The notes under the pieces were generated by a model that was not told where the DNA came from, did not search any database, and saw nothing but the letters and a program-made list of their open reading frames with translations. A stretch of 62,723 nt of DNA, filler included, from Globobulimina sp. (taxonomy: Eukaryota): NCBI GenBank assembly GCA_003354225.1. It is 10 parts of 10 records of this genome, joined end to end, with 100 filler letters (N's around TTAATTAATTAA, not from the genome) between each part and the next. Parts side by side here need not be neighbours in the genome. Positions count along the whole stretch, not along the records: positions 12,599 to 18,793 come from PIVH01000343.1; positions 18,894 to 25,088 come from PIVH01000344.1; 8 more parts are not named here. One strand, written 5' to 3'. A program made the position numbers and the translations under genes. How positions within the stretch are numbered: the stretch's first letter is position 1; each line of letters opens with the position of its first letter. Positions 14,080-24,654 of this stretch are shown one piece after another.

Positions 14080-15984
14080 TCATGTAAGCCTGTTATTTCT
14101 TGCACAGCAGTCAGTGATTGCAGATACAATGTATGGATTTAATTTTTTATTTCCCTCCATTTCATTAAAAATAGTGATTGCTTCACTCATTGCACCAGAA
14201 TGACCGCATACATTCAGAACAATGCAATACATTTTCTCATCAATAACAATATCGCCATTATTTCTCAATGTTGTGAACAATTTTAATGCATTTTTAAAAT
14301 CATTCATTTTTGAATAGCAATCCATAATTACTGAGTAAATATTTTTATTTTTTTTAATATTAATATTATTAAATAATGTGATTGCTTCCTCAAACTGTCC
14401 ACATTTTGAATACATTGAAATCATCGCAGTCAACACATTAATATTTTGTAAATGGTGTTTATTTTCTCTTTGATTTAAAGTGTCAATAATTTTTAAGCCA
14501 TCACATAATAACAAGAGATTCCCGCAGCAATTCAAAGCAATACAATATGAAAAAGCATCACATTCATTCAGTTTATAAAATAATTGCAATGACTCGTAAC
14601 TCTGACTATTATTATTCAAAGCATTCATCATCGCATTACAATATGAAATATTTTTTGAATGTATGCTGTTAAACACTTTCAATGCTTTGTTAACATCACC
14701 ACTGACACCAAAAAAATCAATCAGAGTGGTTACTAATTCAATGCTATAATTGTTTAAATTATTTGTTATGTCAATATTTGAATCGATAAAATGAACACCT
14801 TTATTATGCTCAAAAATATTCAAACATGCTCTCAAATATAACACCTTCAATACATCAGCTTTGTTATTATTATTTTTATATTTATCATACAAGCTCAATG
14901 CTTCTGTGTTTCTATCGTTATTTATATAACATTTCATCATAACACTCAATGTCACATTATTTATTTCACCATCATTATCATCCGCTATTTTATTGAATAT
15001 ATTTGACGCATTGTTAACATTTGCAAACGTGCCATAAAAATCAATCATTGTATTCATTAATTCCATACTTTTTATCTTATCATTTATCATTTCGATTAAT
15101 TGCAATCCGACGTTATAATTCTTTTTATTTTCGCTCTTTGAACAAGCTTTTAAGAATAATAAATATGTGATATCATCATGTTGAATAAATGGATATTTTA
15201 AATATAAATCGATTGCCAGCTCATAACAATTCAAATTAATTAAATATTTCATCATTAACGAGATTAAAATTGTATTTATCACATTATCTGATAACGTATG
15301 AAAAACATTTAATGCTTTATTTGTCAGTTGTTTATTCCTACACAATTTAATATAAATTAGTTTTAAATTGTCATTATATTCCATTTTATTTTCATAGTGT
15401 TCAAATAAATAGATTGCGGATTTATGTTTTTTATGATAAATAAACGTTTTCAGCATTGTTTCAATCACAACAATATTCATTTTATTCTCCTTTATAGATT
15501 GGAATACTTTGAATGCATTATTTATATCCGTACATTGCGAATATAATGAAATTAAAGACATTTTGGCACAAATATTATTATCATCAATTGATTTATAAAT
15601 ATGATTCAAAAGTTTTTTTGTTTTATCAATATCAATTTTTATTAATTTTTTGCAACATTTGAGCAATAAAAACAATGAGACATTCTTTGTTTCAATAATA
15701 TCATTATACAAAGTTACTTGTAATATTTTATCAATTTGATTCATTTTCAAACAAAACACCAATAACTCATTTATTACACATTTATTTTTATTTCTTTTGT
15801 TTAAATTATTGTAAATAGCAAATGCAATCTCTATGTTATTTTCTTGATGTTTTGATAATGCTTTTATTTGAGATACAGCATCTTGATATTTTATTTTTGT
15901 TTTGTTATTTCTATACATGGATAATAATCGTTTGCTGTGACATAATAACCTATATTTACAATAAATGCATGAAGACATGATCAC
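14080..15984 (-). CDS. Pentatricopeptide repeat (PPR) protein, probably organelle-targeted
   Basis: 35-aa repeats such as TAMISMYSKCGQFEEAITLF, NTMIDFYGTFANVNNASNIF and YCIVLNVCGHSGAMSEAITIF. Confidence 0.88.
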   Translation of the reverse strand: MIMSSCIYCKYRLLCHSKRLLSMYRNNKTKIKYQDAVSQIKALSKHQENNIEIAFAIYNNLNKRNKNKCVINELLVFCLKMNQIDKILQVTLYNDIIETKNVSLFLLLKCCKKLIKIDIDKTKKLLNHIYKSIDDNNICAKMSLISLYSQCTDINNAFKVFQSIKENKMNIVVIETMLKTFIYHKKHKSAIYLFEHYENKMEYNDNLKLIYIKLCRNKQLTNKALNVFHTLSDNVINTILISLMMKYLINLNCYELAIDLYLKYPFIQHDDITYLLFLKACSKSENKKNYNVGLQLIEMINDKIKSMELMNTMIDFYGTFANVNNASNIFNKIADDNDGEINNVTLSVMMKCYINNDRNTEALSLYDKYKNNNNKADVLKVLYLRACLNIFEHNKGVHFIDSNIDITNNLNNYSIELVTTLIDFFGVSGDVNKALKVFNSIHSKNISYCNAMMNALNNNSQSYESLQLFYKLNECDAFSYCIALNCCGNLLLLCDGLKIIDTLNQRENKHHLQNINVLTAMISMYSKCGQFEEAITLFNNINIKKNKNIYSVIMDCYSKMNDFKNALKLFTTLRNNGDIVIDEKMYCIVLNVCGHSGAMSEAITIFNEMEGNKKLNPYIVSAITDCCARNNRLT

Positions 15985-16465
15985 GCAACTGCTTCATAGA
16001 TTTTAAGTAAGATTTTTTCAAGTAAGATTTTAATTAAATACTTAAATGCTCACAATGGAGATAATCACATTATATTTATTATATTTCATATTTTGGATAA
16101 TCACAAAGGATAATCATTATATTTACCGCTACTTTTCCGTTCGGATTTTACCATAATGATACCTGGCATGAGGCAAATATGGATATGGTTCATGCCTAAA
16201 ACCAAGTTCTATTAAACGTTGGTGGATATTAATCTTTTTTCTACACCAAGGCTGAGCCTGACAATGCAACACTAATCTAGGTCTTCCATAATAATCAGAC
16301 GCTTTGTCCATTGATCGTTTCCATTTTCTCCTCATTCTTCGTTCCTCTTTTGCAGTCAATGTGCGATTTGGCGTTGTTTCTGTATCTAATAAAGTACCAT
16401 CATTTGAAATATAAAAAGTATGACTAGATTATAGTTTGAATTAGTTGAATCTATTTGTGTTATTT

Positions 16466-16507
16466 CACTAAGCTTTCGGCTAACTTAAAGAAGCCATTGT
16501 CAAAGTG
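16466..16507 (-). ncRNA. Minimal type I hammerhead ribozyme (U3-A8 core variant, palindromic stem III)
   Basis: Minus strand reads CACT-TTGACAA-T-GGCT-TCTTTAAGTT-AGCC-GAA-AGCT-T-AGTG: stem I CACT/AGTG, stem II GGCT/AGCC, palindrome AAGCTT, cleavage triplet CUU. Location in a PLE 3' region is typical. Confidence 0.72.
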
Positions 16508-16824
16508 TTTTAAATTGAAGATTTAAAGAAATTCAATCACTAAAAAAACTACAAACACTTAACACAAACTACACACCAAAGAAAAAGTGAAAACATACAA
16601 CTACGTTGGCAAAAAACACACCAATGAATCAAACAAATACAATGATTCCAATTAAATAAATAAAATGAATGGTAATTGGTTGACAAAAATAAAAAGTAAA
16701 CACCCAAAAAAATAAAAAGTACAAAACCTGGCGTGTCAACCAATTAAAACCATCATAAAATGAAAATACTTTAAATATATTATAAAAACAATGGAAAAAA
16801 TAAGTTAACTAAACTCGAATACCT

Positions 16825-18793
16825 TTAACTTGTATTCAACATCGATTCAAATGGTTCATATTTCTCTCCTTGTTTTAATTTGAATAACTCCTTTTTCTCC
16901 CACTCTCTCCACCTGCTCGCGAATGAAACCTGTGGCAATTTGAACTTTGTCAAATCTTCGTCAAAATCATCGAATAAATCTAATAAGTCCGCTCCATTTG
17001 ATATCGCATTGAATTCTAAACATAAATCCAAATTTACTTCATTTAAATGCGGTATAATTAGCGATTCGTCAAAATATGATAGATCCACTTCATTTATTTC
17101 TAATTCGTCTTTTAAATCTAAATAAAACTCATTCGGATTGAATGACTTATTGATATTTGGTAATGTTTCTGTTATAACTAACGATGATTTCTCCTCTTCG
17201 GCGCTCATTGATATCTCGATATTATTTGCCACTGTCTCCGGTTCCCAAAATTCTCTGTTTTTTTGTTCTGTTTCTAATAACATATTATTTAAAATATTAT
17301 ATTCAATCCACGCCGTTTCATTTAATGATTCTGTCTCCGATAAACGCGATAAATCTGAGTTCAACTCCGAAATTGAACTAATTTTCTTGTTCTTGTTTTT
17401 AAAGAAAATATTTGCGTTTAATTCTATTTTTAACGCTTTAATCTCTTTCTCATTCTTCTTTTCTTCCTTTTTTAATACTTTTTCAATTCGCATCCATTCC
17501 TTTACTCTCATTTCTTTCTCATAATCAATCAAATCCTGCTCCACTTTCTTCGTAAAATCCCTTGAAAACGTTCCCGTATTATTTGCGTCTTTCCCACTAT
17601 TCATCCCATGCGAAATCGCGCAGAATTGTGTTTGGTAAAATATTTCTTCTTTGCACAATTTTGCTTCACCAACGAACCGATTTTCTCCTTTTACCTGTTT
17701 TAAAACAAATGATTTCATCAATTTTAATGGATTTCCTTTGTTTTGTAGATAGCACCGCGTCCCATCCAAGCCTAAAAAGTGTAAAACTTCGCCCGTATAA
17801 TTCTTCTTAATACTCTTCAAAATCAATGCCAATAAACCAATATTCTCCGAAATCTCTCCATTTGGGCCATAAAAATTATTCTCCAACAAACGCTCATACA
17901 CTTTCTCAATATCTTTGATATGCTCTCTCGTCCTCGTCTTGAATTGGCGATTGTAGCTTTTTCCTCTTCCACACTTTCCAATGTATGGTATACCGCAATT
18001 GTCACAAATAATTGCGTAGATTATGTCTCTTGAAAAGCACGATGATCTGTTACTTTTTACCGATTGTCCCGTCGTTACGCACTTCCATTTTTTCATATTT
18101 TGCATCGTTTCTGGGTATTCTCGGCAGGCACAATCCTCTCTTCCTTCAGTGACACCTAATTTGTTCAAAGTATCACAGTCCATAAATCCTTTCCATTTAT
18201 CTAAATTGTCCAAATTTATCTTATTTTTATCAATCATTATAAATTTGCCAATGTTGCAAAAATTTACTAACGCATCATTCATAAAATCTGATTTTTCATC
18301 AAAATCCAATTTAAATGTGTTTGGCGAAATGATTTGATCCAATTTATCATAGCATTTGTAACTAATTTTGAATTTTTCGATGGGAAAAATCGCAGCCAAT
18401 TTCGGATCTGTTCTAATCCAATTATTATACGCCATATTTAATAAATTGTAAATATTTGGTAAATTGTTGTGGTATTTCACCACAAACCAAAATAATTTGT
18501 CTTTTACTTTTTTCGCGATGATTCTTGATATATTTTCATCACTTTCTGACTCGATTTTTTCTTCTTTATTTTCTATCGGATTATCAAAATATTTTCGTTT
18601 TCGTTTTTGTCGGATATACCATGGTTTCGTCCATATTTTCAGCGCTTGTTTTTTTGATAATTTTTGAAATTTATTAAATACATTATTAACTTGCCAGACA
18701 TCGTGATCTCTCGCAATAAGAAAGCTTTTGTAATTTATAAATTGTTTTTCAATAAATTGATCGTCGCAAATACTGCGTATTCTCAATGCTGTC
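16825..18793 (-). CDS. PLE polyprotein C-terminal part (thumb, GIY-YIG, long acidic/coiled-coil tail), 5'-truncated
   Basis: 653-aa ORF running into the contig end. Confidence 0.85.
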
Positions 18794-19055
18794 NNNNNNN
18801 NNNNNNNNNNNNNNNNNNNNNNNNNNNNNNNNNNNNNTTAATTAATTAANNNNNNNNNNNNNNNNNNNNNNNNNNNNNNNNNNNNNNNNNNNNTTTCTCT
18901 ATTTAATTTTCGTATTTCATCTTTATGCGCTTTCAATTGCTCATCTTTTTTTTTCAATTGCGCCTTTAATTCTTTTATCTGTTCGTTAAGATGTTTTATT
19001 GTGGACATTATATTATATAATAAGATAATATAATTTTCTTAAGTAAATATTTGAT

Positions 19056-20255
19056 TTATTCTAAATCCCATACGTGGTTTTTAGCCATATCAACTATTTT
19101 TTTCTGCTTATATAAATGAATAGCTAATTCTTCGTCAAACCCACTTAAACCGGAGTTTAATATAAATTTTTCGTCATATGTGTCAGGAGCACGCGCCTTT
19201 AAAAATATTTGCTTTAATTTTTTTACAATATCTTCATCTTCAAATAATTCTTCTCGGCGGTAATTTTCAATAAAATCTTTAATTTTTGTATTCAAGAATA
19301 ATGCATTTTTTGGTGCATTATCACGCATTTCGGCTAATAATATATCTAATATTTTCGGCATCTCTTTGATAATCGCGGTCACTGTTGCTTTAAAATCATC
19401 GCGTTGCCACGATTTAGTGTCAGTAGTACCATTACTTATACTCAATTCGTATCTATTTATATTTTTCATAATCGCAGTCCTTAAATTAGGTGATATATAT
19501 TTTAATATTTGCAAGTTTAATATCGCTAACTTTATTGACGGGCTTTTATGGTTAAATAGCCGATAATATAATGATACGTAATTATCAATTTTGATGTCTT
19601 TAAACGCGATTTGTTTCATCGGTATTGTTGTTAATTGTTTATATTCATTAATCGGTGCTGGATATTTAGCGACATTAATTATAACAGTTCTATTTTCAGT
19701 TTGATTATGAGTATTATTAATGATTGTTGATTTATTTGCGAGCTTTTCATATAATTCAATGATTTTATCATCCTTCTCTTTTAATTGCTCTTTTAATTCC
19801 GATATTTCATTATTCTTTTCGGATAATTGAGAATCTTTATCTGTTAATTGGGCTTTTAACAGTTCAATCACGCCATCTTGGGATGAATGTGGTCTATCGT
19901 CACATTGGTGCAATTCATGTCTCCGGAGTGTTTTATTATTTTTATATGTTTTGCCACAATATTTACATTCAAACTCTTTAATTATTATTTTAGGATTGTC
20001 CTGGATTGTCCTAAATTGTCCTAAATTGTCCTCATTATTATTATTATTTAGTTCCTGGATGGTTCCTTTTGGTTCCTTTTGGTTCCTTTTGGTTCCTTCA
20101 TTATTATTATTATTATTATTATTATTTCCAGGAGATACCTTATCAACGTTTTTTGATACCTTATTAACGTTTTTGATATGTTTTTTACTCTTTATGTGCT
20201 TTTCAAGTGCTTGAGATGAGAAATATGAACGATTACAGACGTCGCAGTGAGTCAT
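19056..20255 (-). CDS. C2H2 zinc-finger/coiled-coil protein of giant-virus type (MIGE-like)
   Basis: CDVC..H..SKKH and CKYCGK..HELHQC fingers separated by a repeat-rich linker, then a coiled coil and an Asn-rich NNTHNQ..IINV segment; intronless. Confidence 0.7.
   Translation of the reverse strand: MTHCDVCNRSYFSSQALEKHIKSKKHIKNVNKVSKNVDKVSPGNNNNNNNNNEGTKRNQKEPKGTIQELNNNNNEDNLGQFRTIQDNPKIIIKEFECKYCGKTYKNNKTLRRHELHQCDDRPHSSQDGVIELLKAQLTDKDSQLSEKNNEISELKEQLKEKDDKIIELYEKLANKSTIINNTHNQTENRTVIINVAKYPAPINEYKQLTTIPMKQIAFKDIKIDNYVSLYYRLFNHKSPSIKLAILNLQILKYISPNLRTAIMKNINRYELSISNGTTDTKSWQRDDFKATVTAIIKEMPKILDILLAEMRDNAPKNALFLNTKIKDFIENYRREELFEDEDIVKKLKQIFLKARAPDTYDEKFILNSGLSGFDEELAIHLYKQKKIVDMAKNHVWDLE
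19996..20125. repeat. Coding microrepeats (ATTGTCCTAA-like x4, GGTTCCTTTT-like x4, ATT runs)
   Basis: Visible 10-bp tandem units inside the zinc-finger linker. Confidence 0.85.
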
Positions 20256-20354
20256 TGTTATAATAAAGAATATTATTTTAATTCTTAATATTATTTAAAT
20301 TTTAATATCTTATATTGATTCGTATTGTTATATGCAATTTATTATTGATTTAAG

Positions 20355-20455
20355 AAAAGAATATTCTTTTTGGATAAAATAATATTAATAATATTCTTTT
20401 TGGATAAAAGAATATTCTTTTTGGGAAAATAATATTCTTTTTCTGAAAATAATAT
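20355..20455. repeat. About 21-bp tandem repeat AATATTCTTTTTGGATAAAA (4 copies)
   Basis: Direct repeats upstream of the C2H2 ORF. Confidence 0.8.
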
Positions 20456-20594
20456 GGGTCACCGAAATATTACTGAAACGCTTATATCTTATATGTATAA
20501 TACATTACAATATGAATGCAATATAAGATAATCGGATATTTTCGGATATTTTTCCGGATTTCGTTAGGCCATATTATTTTTATTTTTTTTCTTT

Positions 20595-20628
20595 CCCCCC
20601 CCCCTTTAACCCCTTTCAGGGGGGGGGG
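20595..20628. repeat. C10-N14-G10 inverted repeat (hairpin)
   Basis: CCCCCCCCCC TTTAACCCCTTTCA GGGGGGGGGG in otherwise very AT-rich DNA. Confidence 0.9.
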
Positions 20629-20779
20629 TATATATTTTTTTCATGTGTTAATAATATAGAAAGAAATTTTAGGTTATATTATATTTTTAAGGGCGGCTAT
20701 TTCATATAGAGGTATTCACTCCGGGGCAATGGACGGCAATTGTATTTGTATTTAATGAAAATGATTATAATTATTTTCA

Positions 20780-21163
20780 CTAAGCGATATTGATATCGTA
20801 TAAACTCATATATTCATCAAGGGTGAGATAGTTTTCTTGGCGACGATCCATACATTCATCAATATGTTCATAAATATATTCTTCGCCTTGAAGATACATA
20901 AATACATATCTTTCAATTGCCTCGTCCATTTGAATATCTGCATCGATTTTATCATGAAAGATATAGTGAGTATGAATTGGGTGCATACTTTCATCTTCTT
21001 CTTCACTAACGGTTTTCAATATTACACAAACCATCTCATTGATATTTTTACATATTTTCTGCATATGCTCACGGTGTTCCATGGCATATTTCATATCCAA
21101 TATCTCTTTGGCAATATATTTTTCTTTAACTAATTCTATTAACTGATTATTAATTATATTCAT
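20780..21163 (-). CDS. Hypothetical protein (virus-like)
   Basis: 127-aa intronless ORF with AT-rich upstream context. Confidence 0.6.
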   Translation of the reverse strand: MNIINNQLIELVKEKYIAKEILDMKYAMEHREHMQKICKNINEMVCVILKTVSEEEDESMHPIHTHYIFHDKIDADIQMDEAIERYVFMYLQGEEYIYEHIDECMDRRQENYLTLDEYMSLYDINIA

Positions 21164-21208
21164 AGTATGTATATAATTAAGTAGATTTAAAACATTATTT
21201 TAAAATTA

Positions 21209-21709
21209 TCAATATATGCCGAATACATTTTCAAGGGAGCCCATGATTGCTCGTCTATCACTTCTCTTTATACAATATAAAAAACTTGATACGATTTTGG
21301 TTAGACCAAGTTCATAATTACGGGGCATTTTGTCATTAAATAATTCTCTAACGCTAAAGTGGATTTGTTTATAGTTTTTGTTTGCATTTGTGATAATTTC
21401 AATGGGCCGTAAATGATATTTATATAATACTGCTGCATTATCAGCAATTAACTTTGATTTATCGAAGTCGCCCTTTGCTCTTACAATATTTGTTTTAGTA
21501 TTATAGCAAATATTAAACATATAATTACCTTTATGGAATAAAGAGAATATTAGTATGTGAGGGTTATTTGTATGGTATGATACTGTAATATTATGACAAC
21601 CTGTGTCGCGATGGCAACATGCACCTACCATATTATCAAATAATTTACCAAACATATCCTCATTCATTTCTGTAAATTGGGTTTTGTTAATTTTGTATTT
21701 TTTGAACAT
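21209..21709 (-). CDS. Hypothetical protein (virus-like)
   Basis: ORF 21209-21802; the likely start is the ATG of MFKKYK at about 21709, preceded by TATATAATAAAG. Confidence 0.55.
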   Translation of the reverse strand: MFKKYKINKTQFTEMNEDMFGKLFDNMVGACCHRDTGCHNITVSYHTNNPHILIFSLFHKGNYMFNICYNTKTNIVRAKGDFDKSKLIADNAAVLYKYHLRPIEIITNANKNYKQIHFSVRELFNDKMPRNYELGLTKIVSSFLYCIKRSDRRAIMGSLENVFGIY

Positions 21710-21932
21710 CTTTATTATATAGTATATACAAATATAATAATTATCGCATTGTGAAATAAATAAATATAATATTGACTCAAATAGCATAGCTATTCTCGTC
21801 AAATTGCTTATCCAGATAATGCCATGTGCAATAAATAATATTAAAATTTATTTATATATTAGTTATAAATCATAACTATTCCTTCAACTAACCAATTGTC
21901 ACTTTAAAAAACCTTTTTTTAAACTAACACTC

Positions 21933-21981
21933 ATTAAACTACATTAAACTACATTAAACTACATTAAACTACATTAAACTA
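21933..21981. repeat. 10-bp tandem repeat CATTAAACTA (about 5 copies)
   Basis: Perfect tandem units just upstream of ATG 21999. Confidence 0.85.
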
Positions 21982-21998
21982 CAACACTTCTATATAAT

Positions 21999-22727
21999 AT
22001 GACTTCAAAACCATTAAACAAAATGTCAATCAAAGAATTGAAAGCATTATGCAAAGAGCATAAAATCCGCGGACATTCAAAATGTAAGAAAAAAGCTGAT
22101 TTAATTATATTCATTGAATCAAAATTGAATATGAATACTACACAATCACCAATAAGAAATCCACCAGCAGTTATTAAAGAAGCAACACCAACTCCCCCTC
22201 CAGCACCATTACCACAAACAATTGATACTGATGCATCTGGATTTGAAGATATGATACCAACAGAGCCTGAAACAGCTCAAGATTTAATAACGGAATTATT
22301 TGGATCCGATGATGAAGAAGAACCTATAGAAGAACCTATAGAGCAACCAGAAATAATTGAACAACCTATTGAACAACCAGAAATAATTGAAGAACCTATA
22401 GAAGAACCTATAGAACAACCAGAAATAATTGAAGAACCTATAGAAGAACCTATAGAACAACCAGAAATAATTGAAGAACCTATAGAACAACCAAAAATAA
22501 TTGAGCAACCTATAGAAGAACCTATAGAAGAACCAAAAATAATTGAAGAAGAAAATATCTTAGATGACTTAGATGACTTGATTGAAGATTATGCTGAGTA
22601 TAACAGAAGCGATAATAAGAAAAAATATAAACGTCCAATAAAAAGAGTTGTATTACAAGATACTTCCATTGAGACATTAGAAAAAGAATTAGCAAGACGC
22701 GGATATTCAATTGTGCTCAATCAATAA
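21999..22727 (+). CDS. Protein with an N-terminal HeH/Rho-N-like domain and acidic EEPI/EQPEII repeats
   Basis: LNKMSIKELKALCKEHKIRGHSKCKKKADLI matches the Rho-N/HeH pattern; coding repeats span about 22320-22545. Confidence 0.7.
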   Translation: MTSKPLNKMSIKELKALCKEHKIRGHSKCKKKADLIIFIESKLNMNTTQSPIRNPPAVIKEATPTPPPAPLPQTIDTDASGFEDMIPTEPETAQDLITELFGSDDEEEPIEEPIEQPEIIEQPIEQPEIIEEPIEEPIEQPEIIEEPIEEPIEQPEIIEEPIEQPKIIEQPIEEPIEEPKIIEEENILDDLDDLIEDYAEYNRSDNKKKYKRPIKRVVLQDTSIETLEKELARRGYSIVLNQ

Positions 22728-22873
22728 GTTATAGCGCAATTGGATTTATTTAAAGGGGGGTTACATGAAAACCTATAGGAGATTTCACCGAATCCATAAA
22801 ACGCCGAATGATTTCTTTTATTTAATGCGTAATTAACCCACGAATAATATAGTAGCATATAATATAAAAAAGA

Positions 22874-23374
22874 ATGTCGTTAAAAATCCAATCAGATATC
22901 GAATATGCACAAAAAATGTTAAAGAAATATGCAGATAGTTTAGAAAGGAATATTGTAGATTTAGAAAAAACCAAATCCGAAAAACAAAAAGTATATTTAG
23001 CCGGTAAAAAGATTAGAACTGAAGCACATATTGAAAAAACAAATGCTCGTATTGTACATTTAACTGAACGATTAGAAAAGAAAAGAATCCGTGTAGAGAA
23101 AGAAAAGAAACGTCTTGAGCGGAAAGAACAGAATAAAGATAAACCAAAATCGGCATATATGCAATTTATGAGTGATACATTTGATGCAGCAAAGATCACT
23201 GGTATTAAAGTAACAATGAGCGATGTTGCGAAAATGTGGAGTGACAAGAACCCAAAGAAAGAAACACCAAAGAAGGTATTAAAGAAGGTATTAAAGAAAG
23301 TACCGAAAGCGCCAGAAAATACATTAAACGGTTTTGTAACAGTTGTTGAAAAAGCCCAAGCAGTTCAGGTATAA
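22874..23374 (+). CDS. Basic coiled-coil protein with an HMG-box-like C-terminal domain
   Basis: KPKSAYMQFMSD...MSDVAKMW resembles HMG-box helices. Confidence 0.65.
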   Translation: MSLKIQSDIEYAQKMLKKYADSLERNIVDLEKTKSEKQKVYLAGKKIRTEAHIEKTNARIVHLTERLEKKRIRVEKEKKRLERKEQNKDKPKSAYMQFMSDTFDAAKITGIKVTMSDVAKMWSDKNPKKETPKKVLKKVLKKVPKAPENTLNGFVTVVEKAQAVQV

Positions 23375-23444
23375 ATGGATATTAAATGATATAAATGGAT
23401 ATTAAAAAATTATAATATTATGAATAAGTTGATTTCGCAAAGCT

Positions 23445-23478
23445 TATTGACGGAGCTCGCACGCGAGCTGAGTCAATA
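23445..23478. terminator. Intergenic hairpin, candidate transcript 3'-end signal
   Basis: TATTGAC-GG-AGCTCGC-AC-GCGAGCT-GA-GTCAATA between two co-directional genes; Mimiviridae transcripts are known to end in hairpins. Confidence 0.5.
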
Positions 23479-23531
23479 TTATAATTCCATAAAAACTTGT
23501 TAAAATTTATTATGTATTGTAATAATATAAG

Positions 23532-23993
23532 ATGAATACTGTACAAATTAAAATTAAAATCGCATTCGCGTCAAACGAATCATTCAAAACATTTTGTAAA
23601 GATTATAAGGAACGTAGTCATTTAGATCGTGGGTCATATGAGATATTTTTTTACTACAATGGTAATGGGTTAATATTTAATACTGCAGAACTATCTGAGT
23701 GTGATGTTGATGAGGATATGAATCATTTTGAGTTTAGTGGTGAATTTTGTTTAAGCAACGGGGATGTATTTGGGCAGATTATGTGTTTTTCCGAATATTT
23801 AAAGGAGTATTCAATTGAAAAATGTACGGTTGTTGAGCAGAATTGCACGCATGAGATATCACATGATGTTCGGTACGAAAACAAAGTGAATGAGCATTTA
23901 GATTTTATGCTTCGAAATAATGATAATCATATATGTGGCATGATTACTGGGTATAATGAGCCAAAATACGTAATAAAAACCGTGGTGTATTAA
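23532..23993 (+). CDS. Hypothetical protein (virus-like)
   Basis: 153-aa intronless ORF. Confidence 0.6.
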   Translation: MNTVQIKIKIAFASNESFKTFCKDYKERSHLDRGSYEIFFYYNGNGLIFNTAELSECDVDEDMNHFEFSGEFCLSNGDVFGQIMCFSEYLKEYSIEKCTVVEQNCTHEISHDVRYENKVNEHLDFMLRNNDNHICGMITGYNEPKYVIKTVVY

Positions 23994-23999
23994 AATTGA
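23992..23999 (+). promoter_or_regulatory. AAAATTGA mimivirus-type early promoter motif
   Basis: Exact octamer about 50 nt upstream of ATG 24046. AT-rich context makes a chance occurrence possible. Confidence 0.5.
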
Positions 24000-24045
24000 A
24001 TAAAAATTGTATTGAAAATATTATAATATATAACTATATAGTATA

Positions 24046-24654
24046 ATGTTGTGTTCGATTTGTTTAGATTGCATCGATGTTGATTCAAATTGTGTATCGC
24101 TTGAGTGTAAGCATAAGATACATCTGGGGTGTTATAATAGTTTAATATTTAGTAATATAAATAACCATAAGTGTCCATTGTGTCGTGGAAAGATAGATGT
24201 GCCCGAGAAGGTTGAGAATAATTTTAATGAGATATTAAGGGCAATGAATGGGCTTGCGATAGGGCGTGAGCGGCCTCGGCGAATGATGCCGAATGTTTCA
24301 CTGCGGTTTCGAACAAGTGATTTAGTAGATACTGGGTTATTTACCGATGTGGCAGGTAATTCGGTGCTATTCAATCGAAGAAATATGATGGTTATAATGA
24401 CGCATCTTGAGAACCGTATAGATATATTGAATGCTCGCCATAGATTTAATAGGAATAATATAGCATCTTTGATGTTGAGGATAATGACGCCATATACATT
24501 ATATACTGAGGTTGAATTGCGTAATATAGTGTCATCTGCGTATCCAGATAGATCCCAGAATAACATCAATACCGGGATTGACCGAATACTTCAAAATAAT
24601 TACATGGTGTATATGGTACAGCCTGAGTTTTCGGGGTATGTGTTTTTTGGTTAG
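24046..24654 (+). CDS. RING-H2 finger protein (putative E3 ligase)
   Basis: CSIC..C-K-H-KI-H-LG-C..CPLCR at the N-terminus. Confidence 0.85.
   Translation: MLCSICLDCIDVDSNCVSLECKHKIHLGCYNSLIFSNINNHKCPLCRGKIDVPEKVENNFNEILRAMNGLAIGRERPRRMMPNVSLRFRTSDLVDTGLFTDVAGNSVLFNRRNMMVIMTHLENRIDILNARHRFNRNNIASLMLRIMTPYTLYTEVELRNIVSSAYPDRSQNNINTGIDRILQNNYMVYMVQPEFSGYVFFG

Larger units (their letters stand above)
16129..18793 (-). mobile_element. Penelope-like retroelement B, 3' half (RT thumb, GIY-YIG, 3' pLTR-like region with hammerhead)
   Basis: The ORF begins in the thumb (RIRSIC..YKSFLIARD, homologous to RIRSVT..YKCYLIARK of element A). EN motifs DIIYAIICDNCGIPYIGK, RTREH, EEIFY..GMN. A hammerhead lies about 320 nt after the stop. 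The distal boundary is uncertain. Confidence 0.8.
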
